This document shows positions 35,097 to 49,955 of a DNA stretch of 52,814 nucleotides, piece after piece. Each line of letters begins with the position of its first letter. Position 1 is the stretch's first letter. A program made the position numbers and the translations under genes. The notes beneath the pieces were generated by a model. That model ran no database searches, had not been told where the DNA came from, and worked only from the letters and a program-made list of their open reading frames with translations. The stretch comes from Octopus bimaculoides (Eukaryota), in assembly GCF_001194135.2 (NCBI RefSeq), contig NC_068985.1:60733392-60786205 (forward strand), written 5' to 3'.

Positions 35097-35196
35097 NNNN
35101 NNNNNNNNNNNNNNNNNNNNNNNNNNNNNNNNNNNNNNNNNNNNNNNNNNNNNNNNNNNNNNNNNNNNNNNNNNNNNNNNNNNNNNNNNNNNNNNN
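35097..35196. other. Assembly gap (100 N); 10-N gaps also at 22674-22683 and 24132-24141
   Basis: Direct reading. Confidence 1.
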
Positions 35197-35925
35197 ATAT
35201 ATATATATATATATACATATATATGTATGTATATATATATAAATATATATATATATACACACATATGTATATGCCCTTATTACATGATGAACTTTATATG
35301 TAGGTATGTAAGTATGGGGATGCGCATATGTAATTAGTATATGTCTGATACAAACAGAAGCTTCTTCTTCTCTCTCTCTCTCTCTCTCTCTAATATATAT
35401 TTATATCTGATTCCATCATTACCTAACATAATGATGTTGGTGACTAGAATGCATCTTATATATATATATAAAAACAAACTAGCACAGTGGATATTATCTT
35501 GAAAGTTCATGATGTAAAATATGCCAAAGAAACAAAATAAATAAGATGTTTGCGTATGCATATATATATGTGTGTGTCTATGAATGCGTGTGTGTTTATC
35601 TGTTTGTATGCAAATGCATTAAAGGAGGAGGGTGAAGATCATGATTTCAAATCGTCAAAAATAATCCATAAATACAAAAATTATTACATTTGTCATGGAA
35701 TATTTAACTTGGAATTTGGAATAATGCTCTATTCATAGCAACGGAAAGAAATAAGCAAACTATTATTGCTATGTGTGTATGTGTGCTTGTGTATTGTTAT
35801 GGTGTGTGTTTACACTTATTTATAGATATATTCTAAACTACATATATGTACATACACATATCTTTAGCTCTTGACTTGGTTTCAATAATAACAGTTAAGG
35901 CTATGTTGTGACATTACTTTAAAAC

Positions 35926-35980
<55 letters not shown>

Positions 35981-36065
35981 CATGATGATGATGATGATGT
36001 ATATGTTTGTGTTTCTATGTATGTATATGTATAAATGTGTGTGTGTGTTTGTATACATATATATA

Positions 36066-37321
36066 ATGGGTCATCCCATAAATAATGTGGCTTTTTTATA
36101 CTTCTTTTATATTTCAAAGTTAAGATTCTTTTTTAATCTAAAATATACTCTCCTTCATTTTCTACAATGCTCTTCCATCTACCTGGTAGACTTGCAAGGC
36201 CCCTCTTCCAAACTTCACTTGTCCATGATGAAAAATACTCCTCTAGTACTGTTCTGACCTCGCCGAGAGAATTCATATTTTTTCTGTCCAAATGATTTTG
36301 AAGATTGTGGAATAAATAATAATCAGATGGGGCCATGTCCAGCGAATATAGTGGGTGGGGCATCATTTCCCATTCAAACTACTCCAGCCTTTGGAATGTC
36401 ATCCCTGCTGTATGTGGCCAAGCATTATCCTGATGGAAGAACACATTTTGTCTTGAAACCAAAAATGGTTGTATTATTTCTTGTGCTGACTTAAGCTGCT
36501 CAAGCTGCTCACAGTAGATCTCCTTTGTTGTCATTTGGTTTGGGTTTAAAAGTTCAAAGTGGACTAAACCTTTCATATCCCACCAAACAGATAACAACAC
36601 CTTACATGGTTGAAGACCTTCTTTAGCCTGGGATGCCTATGTTTCTTCTTTCCCTACCCACTGTCTCCAGCACTTGACATTTTTATAGAGAACCCATTTC
36701 TTGTCACCAGTTACTATTTGGTCCAAAAAAGGTTCATTTCTGAGATGTGACAGCAAAGAAGAGCATACATTTACTCTCTGTGCATGGTTAGTTTGTGTGC
36801 ATGGAAAGTTTGTGAGGAACCCATTGACCTAATTTGCTGACTTTTCTGATGACATGCAGGTGTTGATGGACGGTTGAATGACCAAATCCAAGCTTCTCTG
36901 CTAGTACCTCAACAGTTACGATGGGGCTTTGTTCTATCAGGGTTTGCAGGATGTCCTCGTTGAGCTCAACAAATCTTCCAGGATGAGGCTCATCTTCTCG
37001 GCTGTAGTCTCTGGCTTGGAATTTCTGGAACCACTGATGACACTGGCTTATGCTTAGTGTCTGACCCCCATTTACTGCGTTAATATTCCTCACACTTTCC
37101 ACTGTGTTGTTGCCATTATGGAACTCATAAAACAAAATATGCCAAATATGCTCCTTTGTTACTTCCATTATAGCTTTGAAAAAATAACTGTTAGAATGGA
37201 ACTGCACTCTTCAAAATTTGCACTAAGAATAAATACAAGGTAAAATTACTACTTGCTTTCAGAGCAAGTTGATGCAGGTACATGTAATTGAAAAAATCGC
37301 ATTATTTATGGGATGACCCAA
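36066..37321 (-). mobile_element. Mariner (DD34D) transposon, 1256 bp, transposase pseudogene (about 36133-37207)
   Basis: Left TA+(a)tgggtcatcccataaataatg and right cattatttatgggatgaccca(a)+TA. The motifs WVPHKLS, FFHQDNAWPH and HPLYSLDMAPSDYYLF are present, and the frame is broken. Confidence 0.95.
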
Positions 37322-37547
37322 TACACATACACACACACACATATGTATATATGTATGTTTATATACACAAACACGCACACATAGGTTTGGTGATGCAAAC
37401 AGGAAAATAGGACTCAGAACATGTGTATATACAATTATTTTTGTTAATTGGCCAACATTACAGAGTAACTCAGGGAAGCAAAGTCTTGTGCATTGGAACT
37501 TAAATGTTTATAAACATATATATGCATTTATACATTTTATATCCAGG

Positions 37548-37746
37548 TGTTGGATGTATGATTGAATGAAGCTGGGGGAAAGAAAGTATTCACACAATGC
37601 ACTATTATTATTACATGAGGCTAAACACTCTCTGCCAATGGCTTACAATGTACTGCATACCCAGAACTATTGACAGTTCTTTATTTTATAGCAATGTGAC
37701 AGTCCACTTTTACTCCCATGGGGGTGGTCAAAATCCTTCCACAGCA
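37548..37746 (-). repeat. Putative 3' LTR (about 199 bp) after a polypurine tract
   Basis: Minus strand: PPT aaaaaaggggaga (37747-37759), then TGCTG...ataaaataaa...CCAACA. The distal boundary is inferred from the TG...CA convention. Confidence 0.5.
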
Positions 37747-40190
37747 TCTCCCCTTTTTTAGAATTAGTCTCCCTTAACTTCTCCCCTTTTGAGAATTAAA
37801 CTCTCCTCAGAGTTTTAATATCTCTTGTGCTCAGGGTTCAAATCCAGTGTTTCCATTCTTTTCCGTTTTCTGGTGTTAGAATGTGTGGTTTCAAATTGTT
37901 TAGGTGTTCGTACCTCAAATGTGTTGTGCAATACTTCAGCATTTCTTTCATTTTTTTAATGAATTTATTGCTTTCCAGTTTTAATTTTATGTCTTGTAAT
38001 GGCTGTTCATGAATGATGTTACACAAAACATTTTTAATTTCATTTTCTGATTAGCAGTATGGGTTGGGATTCTTTTCCTTGACCCATATATAGATAATAA
38101 CAGATGATGATCTGTGTCTAGTCAAAAACTTTTACTGTGTAAAAATCTATGAAATTTTTTTATGGCAAAAATAATTACAAGAGCCTCTTTTTCTATTTGG
38201 CTGTAATTTTCTTCTGTTGATATCAGAGAACGTGAGTCATGAACCACCGCCCTCATATTTATGTAGCATTACTGCTCTGATACTGTACTAAGAGGCATCT
38301 GAAGCTACTACAATCTCCGCTGTCAGATCGAAGTGTGCTAATGACAGATCAGATGTTAATATTTTTTTGACTTCATTGAATGCCTTCTGACAATCTTCAT
38401 GCAATTTCCACTTTACATCTTTTTTAATAGATTATTTAGTGGAACTCTTACCTTATGCATATTTGGATTATAATTTTGATAATAATTTGCCAATCCCAAA
38501 AAAGCTTGTTGGAGGGGTATCCATAGTCTGTTGAAAAATTTACTAGTATGACTGTTAAGCCAAATGGTAACATTTATATTTATATAGTCTTTTATGTGTG
38601 TTAATTATTAGGTATTTGGAGCATTCATCATCTACTCTTAATTTGTAGGTATGTCAGAGAGATCCAATTTAGAAAATATCTTGCCACCATTTAATTTCGC
38701 AAATATGTCCTCCAGAGTAGGTAGCAGGTGGTAGAATGTCTTAAGACATTTGTTTAAACCAGTGAAAAGATCAGCACACACTTTGATTTTATTATTTTTT
38801 TCTTAACGTACACAGTTAGTGATGATTATTGACTATATTCCACTTTTTGGATAACTCCAATTTTCTCTAGTCTTTCTAAGTTTATCTATTCTAATGTTGT
38901 GAAAAGTACCATTCATTTTGGTTTAAATTCTGGTTTAGCATTTTCTTTTACTTGAAACTTTGCCTTTATTTTGGTGCACAGACCTAATTCATCAGACAGA
39001 ACCTCAGGAAAAATCTATTAAAATTTCTTTTTTTAATCTGTATGATGACTTATTTGTACTGGCAGAAAAACCGTTCTCATTTTCCAGATAAGATTTATGG
39101 GGAGGTACTATAAGTTAAATAATTCCATCCAGTCCATTCTGAATAAATTTGTCATATTAGTCAATACAAAAACTTTGGCTTTTAAGGTTTTTCCACGAAA
39201 TGTAATGTCACTAAACATTTTCACTTTAAAATGTAATTTTTTCTTGAAACACCACGTGTAATTTTTGCAGTTTCTTTTAATCTAGGACTCCTGATTTTTT
39301 TTCCATGTAACTGTGTTAATTATAGAGATATCACTACCTGTATCCAATTGTAACTTTGTTTGTGTTATTAATTTTTACATACACAGATTTCCCTTGAGGC
39401 TTCTTCATATTTCTTGTCACAGATAACCTGTTTATGTGATTTTTCAGTGTAATTTTTTATGATCTATCTTACCACACTTGAAGCATTTTATATTTTTAAA
39501 CGGACAGTTACTTTTAAAATGTAGACCACTGCACCCATAACATGGATTTGGTCTTGAAATTCTTTTCTCTTTTTTCATATCTGCTACTGGTTGACCTGCA
39601 TGAATATGAGAACAATCTTTTTCTTCAATTTTATCTGTATCATGTCTTAGATTTATAATCCTCTGGTATTTTACTGCCAGTTGAGTTAAATTTTTGGTCC
39701 TGTTCTAATTTTGTTAATATCCAGGAGCGTATATCTGCATCTTTGCTTGCAGTTAACCCTTGAACAAAAATTAGACATTTGAACATGTCCAGGGTTAATT
39801 CATTTAATTTGAATTTTCCACACTCTCTGCTAACAATCCCAGCATAGGTGATGAAATCTTCATTATCTTTTTTGACCAAATTTAAACACTGTCAGCAAGT
39901 ATTGAGCAGAGAACTTCTTTCACTGAACATTTTTGATAAACTATTGTTTCATTGAAACAAATCTCATCTGATTTCTTTGGCAGAATATAGTTGCTACATT
40001 TTTCACATTTGGCAGGGGATAACTTTCTTAAAAGTAGTTATACTTTTTTCTCATCTGTCCAGTTTCTACATTCTTCTTTGAAGATTTTTTCATATCTTTG
40101 AAAATATGCAGAAAGGGTAATCCCTTCTTCTAGATTATAACTGAATTCTTCAAATGAATTTGCTACACTGTCTGGTGAGTAAGAACCTTT
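37548..40190 (-). mobile_element. Ty3/Gypsy LTR retrotransposon remnant (gag - protease - RT - RNase H, integrase mostly deleted, 3' LTR)
   Basis: gag: YFQRYEKIF..LLLRKL..EDFITYAGIV..FKCLIFVQGL..CYGCSGLHFKSNCPFKNIKCFKCGKIDH. Protease: LDTGSD at 39330-39347. RT: KVCADLFTGLN..LPTLEDIFAKLNGGKIFSKLDLS. RNase H: FLGLANYY..ASDAS..YSQIEKEAL..FAIKKFH. Confidence 0.88.
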
Positions 40191-40199
40191 GGCTGGCTC

Positions 40200-40310
40200 A
40201 GAGCTATAGTGGAAGGTACTTGCCCAAAGTGCTACGCAGTGGGATTGAACCTGAAACTATGGTTGGAAAGCACACTCCTTAGCCATAAACCATGCCTGTA
40301 CCTCTGTGTA
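40200..40310 (-). mobile_element. 5' fragment of a family B SINE capping the Gypsy remnant
   Basis: tacttgcccaaagtgctacgcagtgggattgaacc. Confidence 0.7.
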
Positions 40311-41518
40311 TATACACACACACACAGACATGAATACATACACATCTTTAAATGTAATAAAATTTTAAGAATGCTGCAAAATTCCTGTTTATCACAAATG
40401 ATATTGAAATTGTTTTTGGAGAAGAATGTGCCTAAATGACAGAATTAGTAATGTATGGTAAATGATAATGAAATTTAACATGACTGTTGTTTTGTAGTCT
40501 CTGTCCATAAACTTAATGGATTTCTCCCCCCCCCTCTCTCTCACACACAAAAAAAAAATGTTGAACACTTTCTGACATTTGCCATTTCCTTCATTTAACA
40601 ATTAAATAATTTCTTTCTTTGATGAATTTTTTTTTTTCTATTGCTGATTGTTGCAAGAACAAATTTAACTAGTTATTTTGATAATTAGTTCTTTAGACAA
40701 ATTACAACATCAGCTTTTGTAAAAGAATTATAAAAGAAACATGTTTCTTACTATTTGTCCCAGCTCTTCATATTCTCTGTTCTAATCCCTTTTGGAGCTG
40801 ATAAAAATAAAGTACCAATCAAGTACAGGAAATAATGGTACTAACTAATCCGCTCCCCTCAAACCTGATGATTTTCTGTCTAAATTAGAGTCAGACATTA
40901 GATGTATAAAGAAAAATAATTAAGCCATCAACTCTGCTGGGGTTTGGTCTTGGAGGGTCTGTGAAGGCTTAAGGTACAGCCCTTGCCACCAGATCAAACA
41001 ATGATCAACAAGTCCTTTAATGAAGTATACAGAACACTTCTTTAAGATCTCTGATGACAAACTTTGTTGTGTTAGAATGAATAACATTAATTGTTTAATA
41101 AGTTTTTAATTAGTTCTTTAAATTAATTTGTCTGTTGATTTGTCAGATTTAAATCATTACACTTGTCATTTATCCTGTTGTTGTTTAACCCCAAGTTAAC
41201 CCAGTGTGTGCAGAGCTATGATCAAAGGTCTCCATAACAATTCTATCTTTTCTTTTTAGGAATATCTCATGCATGATCTAATGAATGATTAAATATACAG
41301 GGCATGTGTAATGTGTGAATTTAGCAGCTATTTTTAGCAAGTAGAGCAATCATAGAGAGGCTATTTTACTGGCTTTGCCTTGCCAATGAACCATACTGAT
41401 ATGATCAGACTTGTAGTAACTGTGAAGGTGGTAAGAATGCTATAAAAAAAAAAGTGCCTGAAATTTAGAAACATTTAGAAAAGAAATATCACCAATAAAT
41501 ACACAAAGATAAATATGA

Positions 41519-41524
41519 TTTATT
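41519..41524 (-). terminator. Candidate polyadenylation signal for the PHLDB transcript
   Basis: AATAAA on the minus strand is followed about 15-40 nt downstream by a GU/U-rich tttgtgtatttattggtg. Other AATAAA candidates occur at 43251 and 44088. Confidence 0.25.
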
Positions 41525-43756
41525 TTACTGTTTATAATTCATATATATATATATCCAAACTGAGAGAGGATTTACAAAGTGAATGTATATGCAACAATTG
41601 GGTCATTTGCAGGTAATGCTGTTATGAAAATCTGCATATTGATGGTAAAACAAAGGTAGAACAAAGGTAGTGTGGAAAGATGATGCAAGTGTAGATTATT
41701 GTCGGCGGTGTGATTATTGGTAAAAGAAAACAGCTTGTTGAAAAGAATTGTGGCCCTCGAATCATTTGTTTGGCAAAAATCCAACACATTTACACTATTA
41801 GGAAGAACATCAAAATAAACTGCAGCTGTCTGTGGAGAACATCTCATTTGAAGTTGCAGACACAGTGAAATTGGTTTACCAATAGATGAAGTCAAACAAT
41901 TCTTATACAATTGAAATCATGTTTCTCCAGAGCCTATATTTTGTACAAACACCACACACATACAAACTTAGACATGCATTCAGTTTTGTACTGAACTCTT
42001 AATATACTTTGATGTTTATGTGTGAAATTGAATTTATCAAGATAGCATATATACATGCTGATATACATACATATATACATGTATGTACATATAGACTTTG
42101 TGTATATAAGTACAGATGTAGGTTTCAGTATTCAGTTGTCATTTTCTTCTTTCACCATATATATATACACACACATACATACATAATACGCACACGCACA
42201 CACATTCCTTTTTCTGGTTTTAAGGATAATTCTTTTTCTTTTCTCTAATCTTGGAATAATCTTGAAATAATCTTCATGTATTTTTATTTTTTTTGTGGTT
42301 TAATGAAAAATTATCAAAGAAATTTCAAAAAGTTATTTTTTTCTTTATATATTTTGTGTCCTGTTATTTTTTCTGTCTTTCTTCTCAAATGATAAAATGA
42401 CAAGACATTGGTAAAATATAGAGTACTGATATAGTGGTGGTAGTAATTGTAGGGCTACAGTTGGTGGTAGTAGAGATACAATTGGTGTGGGGGCTGGCAG
42501 GGGAAAGTGTCCTCATACATACATATACATATCTACATACACACACACACACACAACACGTGTGTGTGTGTGTGCATGGAAGGCAATAATAGTGAAAAGT
42601 GTATAGCACAACCTGTGAATAGCAAGAAAGAATGTCTTTGTAATAATATCAAATGAGCAGCATTAATTACTGAAAGAATACAGCAGTTTTCATAATTGGG
42701 AATCACAATCACAGAATTCCTCTCTCAATACTATTTTGCTGTCCCATTTTAATATTTTCAAATATTTATACACATTACATAGATACATACATATACACAC
42801 ATATAATATATATATATACATATATATTACACACATATACATACACACGCAAACATACATACAAACTAACTTGTTTGTGGTTAACAAAAACACATATTTA
42901 CAATATTTTCCCCATCAAAATGTCATTTTTTTATTGTGTCAGGCTAAAACTGATATTTGATATTGATATTTCATGTTGGAAGAAAGAGAAAGATGGATGT
43001 ACCATGGCCATCATTAACAATTTACAATGGAAAATATCATAGTTAGAAAAAAAAAAAAAAAAAAAAAAACTGAACCAACATACAACTGGAAGAAAAGACC
43101 ATCTTCCAATATCATTTCAATATTGTATGAAGATTGTAACAAATCTAAACAACAAAACAATGTTTTGTCATAAAAACCAACAATATAAGTTCACTTAAAA
43201 TTTACCAGTAGGAAATCATAGCATCTACACTGAACTCCACAACTCTATAGTTTATTGGGATATATGTTTTATATTGTTTCTTTTGTTATTGTTTTAGAAA
43301 GAAGAAATAAAATAGACAAGAGAATATACTAGACATTTTTATCAGTGGTATATACTTGTCTATAAATATTATATATTCTCTGAGTGTGTTTTAGTTCACT
43401 TCTCTAATATAAACTCCGAATAAATTAAGAAGAAAATTCGAATATTTTTAAAAAGTCAATTACATATGTAAACTAATTACAAAATAATAAAAGTTATTAT
43501 TTTAAAATCCCAATTCTAATGAAAGTTACACAATCAACAGCACACATGCACACTCATTCATGCACACAATACAATTTTAAGTTATACAGTGATGTTGTTG
43601 TTGTAAGTGGTTGTCGTGGTGTTTGTGGAGGTGTAAAGACTAATTTCACTGCTTAATATGAGTTATCTCAATAGTATGAGTAATAGTTGATTGATTGCAA
43701 GAACTAGTTACATTACAAAATGTAGATGACCATATATACAAACACACACATATATA

Positions 43757-43798
<42 letters not shown>

Positions 43799-44129
43799 CA
43801 CCCAGCAGGTTATTACCACAAACATGTAGATTGATGAAGAAAGAAGTGGAGGGGATATTGGTTTATGAAAGAGCTGGATATTACAGAAATTTGTCTCATC
43901 AAATCTCAGACACATGGGAATATTCTACACTTCTAATTAATTTCTCCTGCCTCTTGACTTACCATATACATACATGCACACATATATGTACATATATATA
44001 TATATATATATATACATACACACATACATGTATACACACACATACATATATATATATATATGACATGTGTGTATGTGTGTTAGCATGTTTATTTGTTAGG
44101 ATAAAAGTGGAGTGTAGACACTGAGTCCA

Positions 44130-44597
<468 letters not shown>

Positions 44598-45274
44598 TCA
44601 TATTATAATAATCTGAAGAACCAAAACAATGAGGGAAACCAAATTGTCTTGATTTAATTCTCCACAAGTTAAAACATCCTGAAACATTTTATATCAGGAA
44701 TTCCCAACAAGGTCAAAATTATTGGTTGGAACCATTGAAACAATAGACCTTTTCTAACTGAAAACAACAAAGGAAGCTCTATGAAATGTAAGAACAGTAG
44801 CTATAGAGAAAGAAACTATAGTATAGTGAAGCGAGAGTAGCTATTATATAAGAACAGTAGCTATAATATAGGGAGAGTAGTTATAGTAGCTAAACTAAGA
44901 CATATTCTTGAAGGAAAGTAAGTAACATTGTCACATGCCATGTTTATCTGTCGTTCAGATGATGTTAGAATGAGGTGAAACAGATATTAGAATGGGGTGT
45001 ACCAGATACTTCTATCTACCAGGTGTCTATGATAACATAAGAACAATACCTAATACAACATCAACAAAACAGTCTTTGTAGTAGATATCAATATACTTTC
45101 AATGTTATTATGTTAGTTTTGTATGGATGAATTACACACACACACACTCACTGTCAAAGACCAGCTGCATACAGACAACCACTGACACATGCATACAGAC
45201 ACTAACAGACAATTACTGACACATACAGTCAGTCACACACAAAGAAACTAACACATGCAGATACAAATACAAAG

Positions 45275-45348
<74 letters not shown>

Positions 45349-46139
45349 CTATGAGGCCATTTTGTATTTGTCACAGGTTACAAAAGAATTCACTTAACAT
45401 GTTGAGTAATGTGGAACAACCATGTAGCAACATGCAGGGTAACATGAAATAGTCAAGTAGCAACATGTGCAGAAGCATGGAACTGATAATAAAGTGATGG
45501 GAATATATTACTGAGGTGTCTATGAAACACACAACATAATAATTATAATTGAACAGAATTTCAGAAGAATGAGGCTTGTTCTGTTGCTAAGATGGTTATA
45601 ATCAACAAATTGGCTGACAACAAAACAATAGCAAGAAGAGGATGAAGAGAATAAAGGGAGAGAAGGTAGAAAAAGAAAAAGAGTAAAGCTTAGGTAACTT
45701 TAGTAATTGCTAACTGTGTGTGTATTTATATGAAGAGAGTTGCATGACAGCATTGTCTGGCAGTGAAGTAACAGTGATGAAAGCTAAAGAAGAATTTGAT
45801 TAACTCTAAAGTTGAACATGGTTCTGAAAAATTTGATGAAGTGCTTAATGAAAAATCAGATATTAGATGCTCCCTCCCTCAAGTGATTTCATGATCATAG
45901 TGCTAACTTTGTTCAAACATGTGATAAATTACACACACAGATGTTTTTTAAAGGTTCTCCAGTAGTTTTGATGATGGATTATTGTTCAATCAACTGAATT
46001 TCTCATTCCTGAATTAATAGGTAAGTGGTTGAGTATTCCACAAATGTATATGTTCTCTTGAATTCATTCTCAAATAGAATCAGTGTAACATAGCATGTGA
46101 TAAGACCGTACCTTTTGAATTAGGGGTAAAAATCTACCT

Positions 46140-46290
46140 GATGGGTTTCTGTACAGTTTCCATCTACCCAATTTCACTCACAATGTATGGAGCAACCTAA
46201 GGTTGTGACATTTGCTCAAGATGCCACACAATGAGATTGAACCCAAAACTTCATAGTAGCAAAGCCTAATTCTTAACCATACAGCCATAT
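46140..46290 (-). mobile_element. Family B SINE 5' half
   Basis: cagtttccatctacccaatttcactcacaa...ttgctcaagatgccacacaatgagattgaaccc. Confidence 0.65.
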
Positions 46291-47053
46291 GCATACACAC
46301 AGAAACTGAAAGAAGCCTGTAATGTGTGTGTGCGCACACACACGTGTTTGTTTACATTTGAAATATGTGAAATGAAAGATCTCTTACCTGAAAAACAGGT
46401 AGAGATTAGAAGAAGGAAGGGCATCCAGATCTAAAACAATATCTCAATGATACACTAGTGTATCATATTAGCATGGGAAAATTAAAGAATTTTGAAATTT
46501 ATTTAATTTCTTCTGATTTATGCTAAATTATACATAAATAGATGATGTTTAATTAGTGATGAACGGACAAAAGCATGAATCTGAAAATTAGGCTATTCTC
46601 TATTGTACTAGCTTAATTAATAAGTGTTTTCTAGAGCATTTGAGTTGTATGCTGATTGAGTAAGAAAGTTGGGCATGTTTTCTCTAAGGAATTGTCAACA
46701 AACTATGAAATAGTCTGTTGGGACACCCTTCCCATTTTTCCCCACTGCATATCAATATTATAGAAAGAATGTGTTTACATTTCTACTACACCCACAGTGA
46801 GGCTTTCTCATACGTAATATATATGAACACTTTTTTGATGCTCACTTTTTCATGTTCACATAAGATGGAATTCATTGAGGAAAATTTTCTATGGCTGAAT
46901 ACTCTTCCTGCCACCTGCACTCACCAGTTTTCAAGGAAGGTATTTTTCTCTATGGTGAGACATTTCCACAGAAAAAGAACAGCTCCACTTGTATGACAGT
47001 GATGCTTATTTGTAACTATTGTCGAAGAAACACAAACACGTTTATATGTGAGT

Positions 47054-47135
<82 letters not shown>

Positions 47136-47139
47136 AAAT

Positions 47140-47516
47140 CCACTAATAAGTCTTTAGTAATTTTGTCTATAGTAGAAGGCACTTGCTTAAAATCTCACGC
47201 AGTGGAACTTAACCTGCAACCATGTGTTTGGGAAGCAAACTTTTTAACCATCAGCCATGGTATATAAATATTTATATATTTGCAACATGCATCCAGTTTG
47301 CCTGTCTGACAATAAAAAAAAAATTCACCTTTATTGCACACCCAAGTAGTATGGGCAATTGTAGAAATCACTTGCCCAAGGTGCTACACAGTGGGACTGA
47401 ACCAGGAACCATATGGTTAGAAAGCAAGCTTCTTACCACACATAGCCACACCTGTGCCTATATATTTATTTAATTTTTCATTTTTATAAGAGAAAACTAG
47501 AAAGAAAGTACCCATA
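47140..47516 (-). mobile_element. Two family B SINE 5' fragments, the second with a duplicated unique flank
   Basis: cacttgcttaaaatctcacgcagtggaactt..., and atcacttgcccaaggtgctacacagtgggactgaacc... Confidence 0.7.
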
Positions 47517-48230
47517 CTACTTGGTTGGGTGTAAAATACGTTGTTCCAATATAATTTATCTCATTGATGCAAGTTTGGAAAGAAAGGAAAAAAAAATTAT
47601 TATAACAGAAAAAAAATCTTCAAAAGTTTCTGAATGTGCCATTTTGTGGAAGAGTAATTTGAGATTGTAGAAATAAAATCAATTTTTTTTACACAGGCTT
47701 TGTAAATAAGTAATAAACAAACTTTGAAGTAACAAAGAAATAATTAGGTAAAAATTCCTAGAGTTACCATTTTCTTCATATACCACACCCTTCCCTCTCT
47801 CAATACTGTTATCTCTTCCTTCCATTCTTCCTTTCTCTCCTCTTCACTCATCAGGTGTTTCTTCTCTCAGGTAAAGTCATAGCTTGACTAATAAGAAGAT
47901 ACATACACACTGCTTTACTATCTTAGTACTTCTAACCATTGGGCTGTTGACATGATGGAGCACCATCAATACAAAGTAGGAAACAAAGACATTTATTTAT
48001 CCAGATACACTGATTCAATCAGTTTGGCAGTTTGGTGATATGGGTTGGCAGGCAGGGACAGATAGAAGTCACACTTTACTTTCATCCTGGTTAAGAATAC
48101 ATTCCATCATTGTCCTTAAATATAAGGACCAGAGTCAGTTCTAAAACTTCAAATAAACAATCATAGTATCTGTTCTTATAAACCCTTCATAAAAAGCTAA
48201 ATGTAGAATATGCATAAAAGAAAACGCCAC

Positions 48231-48377
48231 CTGTTGGATTTGTTTCTCACGTAATTGTACTTGTTGTTGGACTAATTGTTCCCTTAATAAGGCTTCTTCT
48301 TGAAGTTTCCTCTCCAATTCTTCTCTTTTCAAGCGTTCTTCCTGCAATGCTACCATTTCACTCTCTCTCTGTTTCAC
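48231..48377 (-). CDS. PHLDB1: Penultimate coiled-coil exon of the same PHLDB gene (147 nt, phase 0-0)
   Basis: Acceptor ttttctttttcacag|GTG and donor CAG|gtggcg. VKQRESEMVALQEERLKREELERKLQEEALLREQLVQQQVQLREKQIQQ joins in frame to ARPLTRYLP, as in vertebrate ...[10 protein letters not shown]. Confidence 0.9.
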
Positions 48378-49603
48378 CTGTGAAAAAGAAAACAAAAAAG
48401 TTTTAATTTAGTACTTTTCTCCAAAACTTACAGAATTATGTTATTAGGAGAAAAATATAATTATTACTTGAAGTATGATATTTAATTGAAAATGCCAAAA
48501 CATTTGCTACTATCGAAACAAAAGTAATAAATATAGAGTGCTTGTTATTAAAAGAAAACTGGGTAAATGTTAAATGATACTTGGATTTATTCAAGTGTTC
48601 TCTTAAGAAGAGAAAAAGAAGTTTCAAAGTATCAAAACCCAGGGGCAATAAAGAAAATCTAACCAGTTTATTTGCTACATATGTAAAATTAAAACTAATT
48701 TATGGAAATAATTTTTAAAAAAAAATCATGAATAAATTAGGGGAAAAAAAATTGAAAAATTCGATAAAATCTTGCAAAGATAAATTAGATGATACCTTAG
48801 GGATATTTTTAATGACTAATATCTAGCTAAATTTTCTTAAGACTATTGAAGAAATTTGACTTTTAAACATTACACAAATAAGAAACAATGTGTTCAAATG
48901 TCTGAGATGTGATGTTCTTAAGAAGATCAATCATAGCTGTCTAGACTGTAAACTTCCTTCTTAGATGATATTTTGGCTACTTTGATATAGGAGTGCCTCA
49001 GGTAACTTTGTTATGTACGAATTAGGTCTGGAACTATGTATACATGTTTTTGAAGAAGTGAAACATCATACAATAGTTGCAGATCAAAACAGAGTGTAGA
49101 AGGAAACATTGTAAAGTCTTCTGCAAAGATAGCATTAGTAGTATGACAAAATTTTAAACTAATATCACAATAACTACTGACTAAATGTGAAGAATATTGG
49201 TATTCTTGAAGATTTTGTATTTATTGAGTACATCTACAGTAAGTGTTTATCGAGTAGATGTATAGTGGGTATTTATAGAGTACATGTACACATACTCTAT
49301 CAATACAAAGTACATCTACAGTAGGTCAACCTCAAAGAACCCTCTCCAAGTAAATTACATGGAGAAATTATACTCAGATTGTGTTCCCCAAAAATATCAC
49401 CATGAATCTAGCAGTGAACTGTAGCCTGTTCTTCATGGCAGCGAGAAGGATGCAGTAATTTCTGAATAACATAATATTGGAAATCAATGGAAACTGGTAG
49501 TGGTTTGTGTCCGCAAGAGTTATGGTCTCTTTATTGGTACCAACATAGTTCTGTTACCTCTGAAGAAGGATAAGTGTCCTCCATCACTTATTTCAGCTAC
49601 AAA

Positions 49604-49826
49604 CATTTATTTGACTGCAGCCATGCTTGAGCACCACTTTCAAGGGTTTTAGTTGAATAAATCGACTTCAGGGCTTAGTTTTGAAGCCTAACACTTATTC
49701 TATGGGTCTCTTTTCCGAACTACTAAGTTACAGGGACATAAACATACCAACACTGGTTGTCAAGTAGGGATGGGGGGGGGACAAATATACACACACACAC
49801 AGATATATATATGTACACACACGGAC

Positions 49827-49863
<37 letters not shown>

Positions 49864-49955
49864 AGATGGGCTTCTTTCAGTTTCTGTCTACCAAATCTAC
49901 CAGGAACCATATGGTTGGGAAGCAATCTTTTTACCACACAACCACAGCTGCACCT
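49604..49955 (-). mobile_element. Family B SINE, near full length with an internal deletion
   Basis: Reverse complement of 29352-29736. Confidence 0.82.

Noticed and set aside
41572-41910. 112-aa minus-strand ORF
   Set aside because: No recognisable domain or splice context; it lies in the probable 3' UTR.
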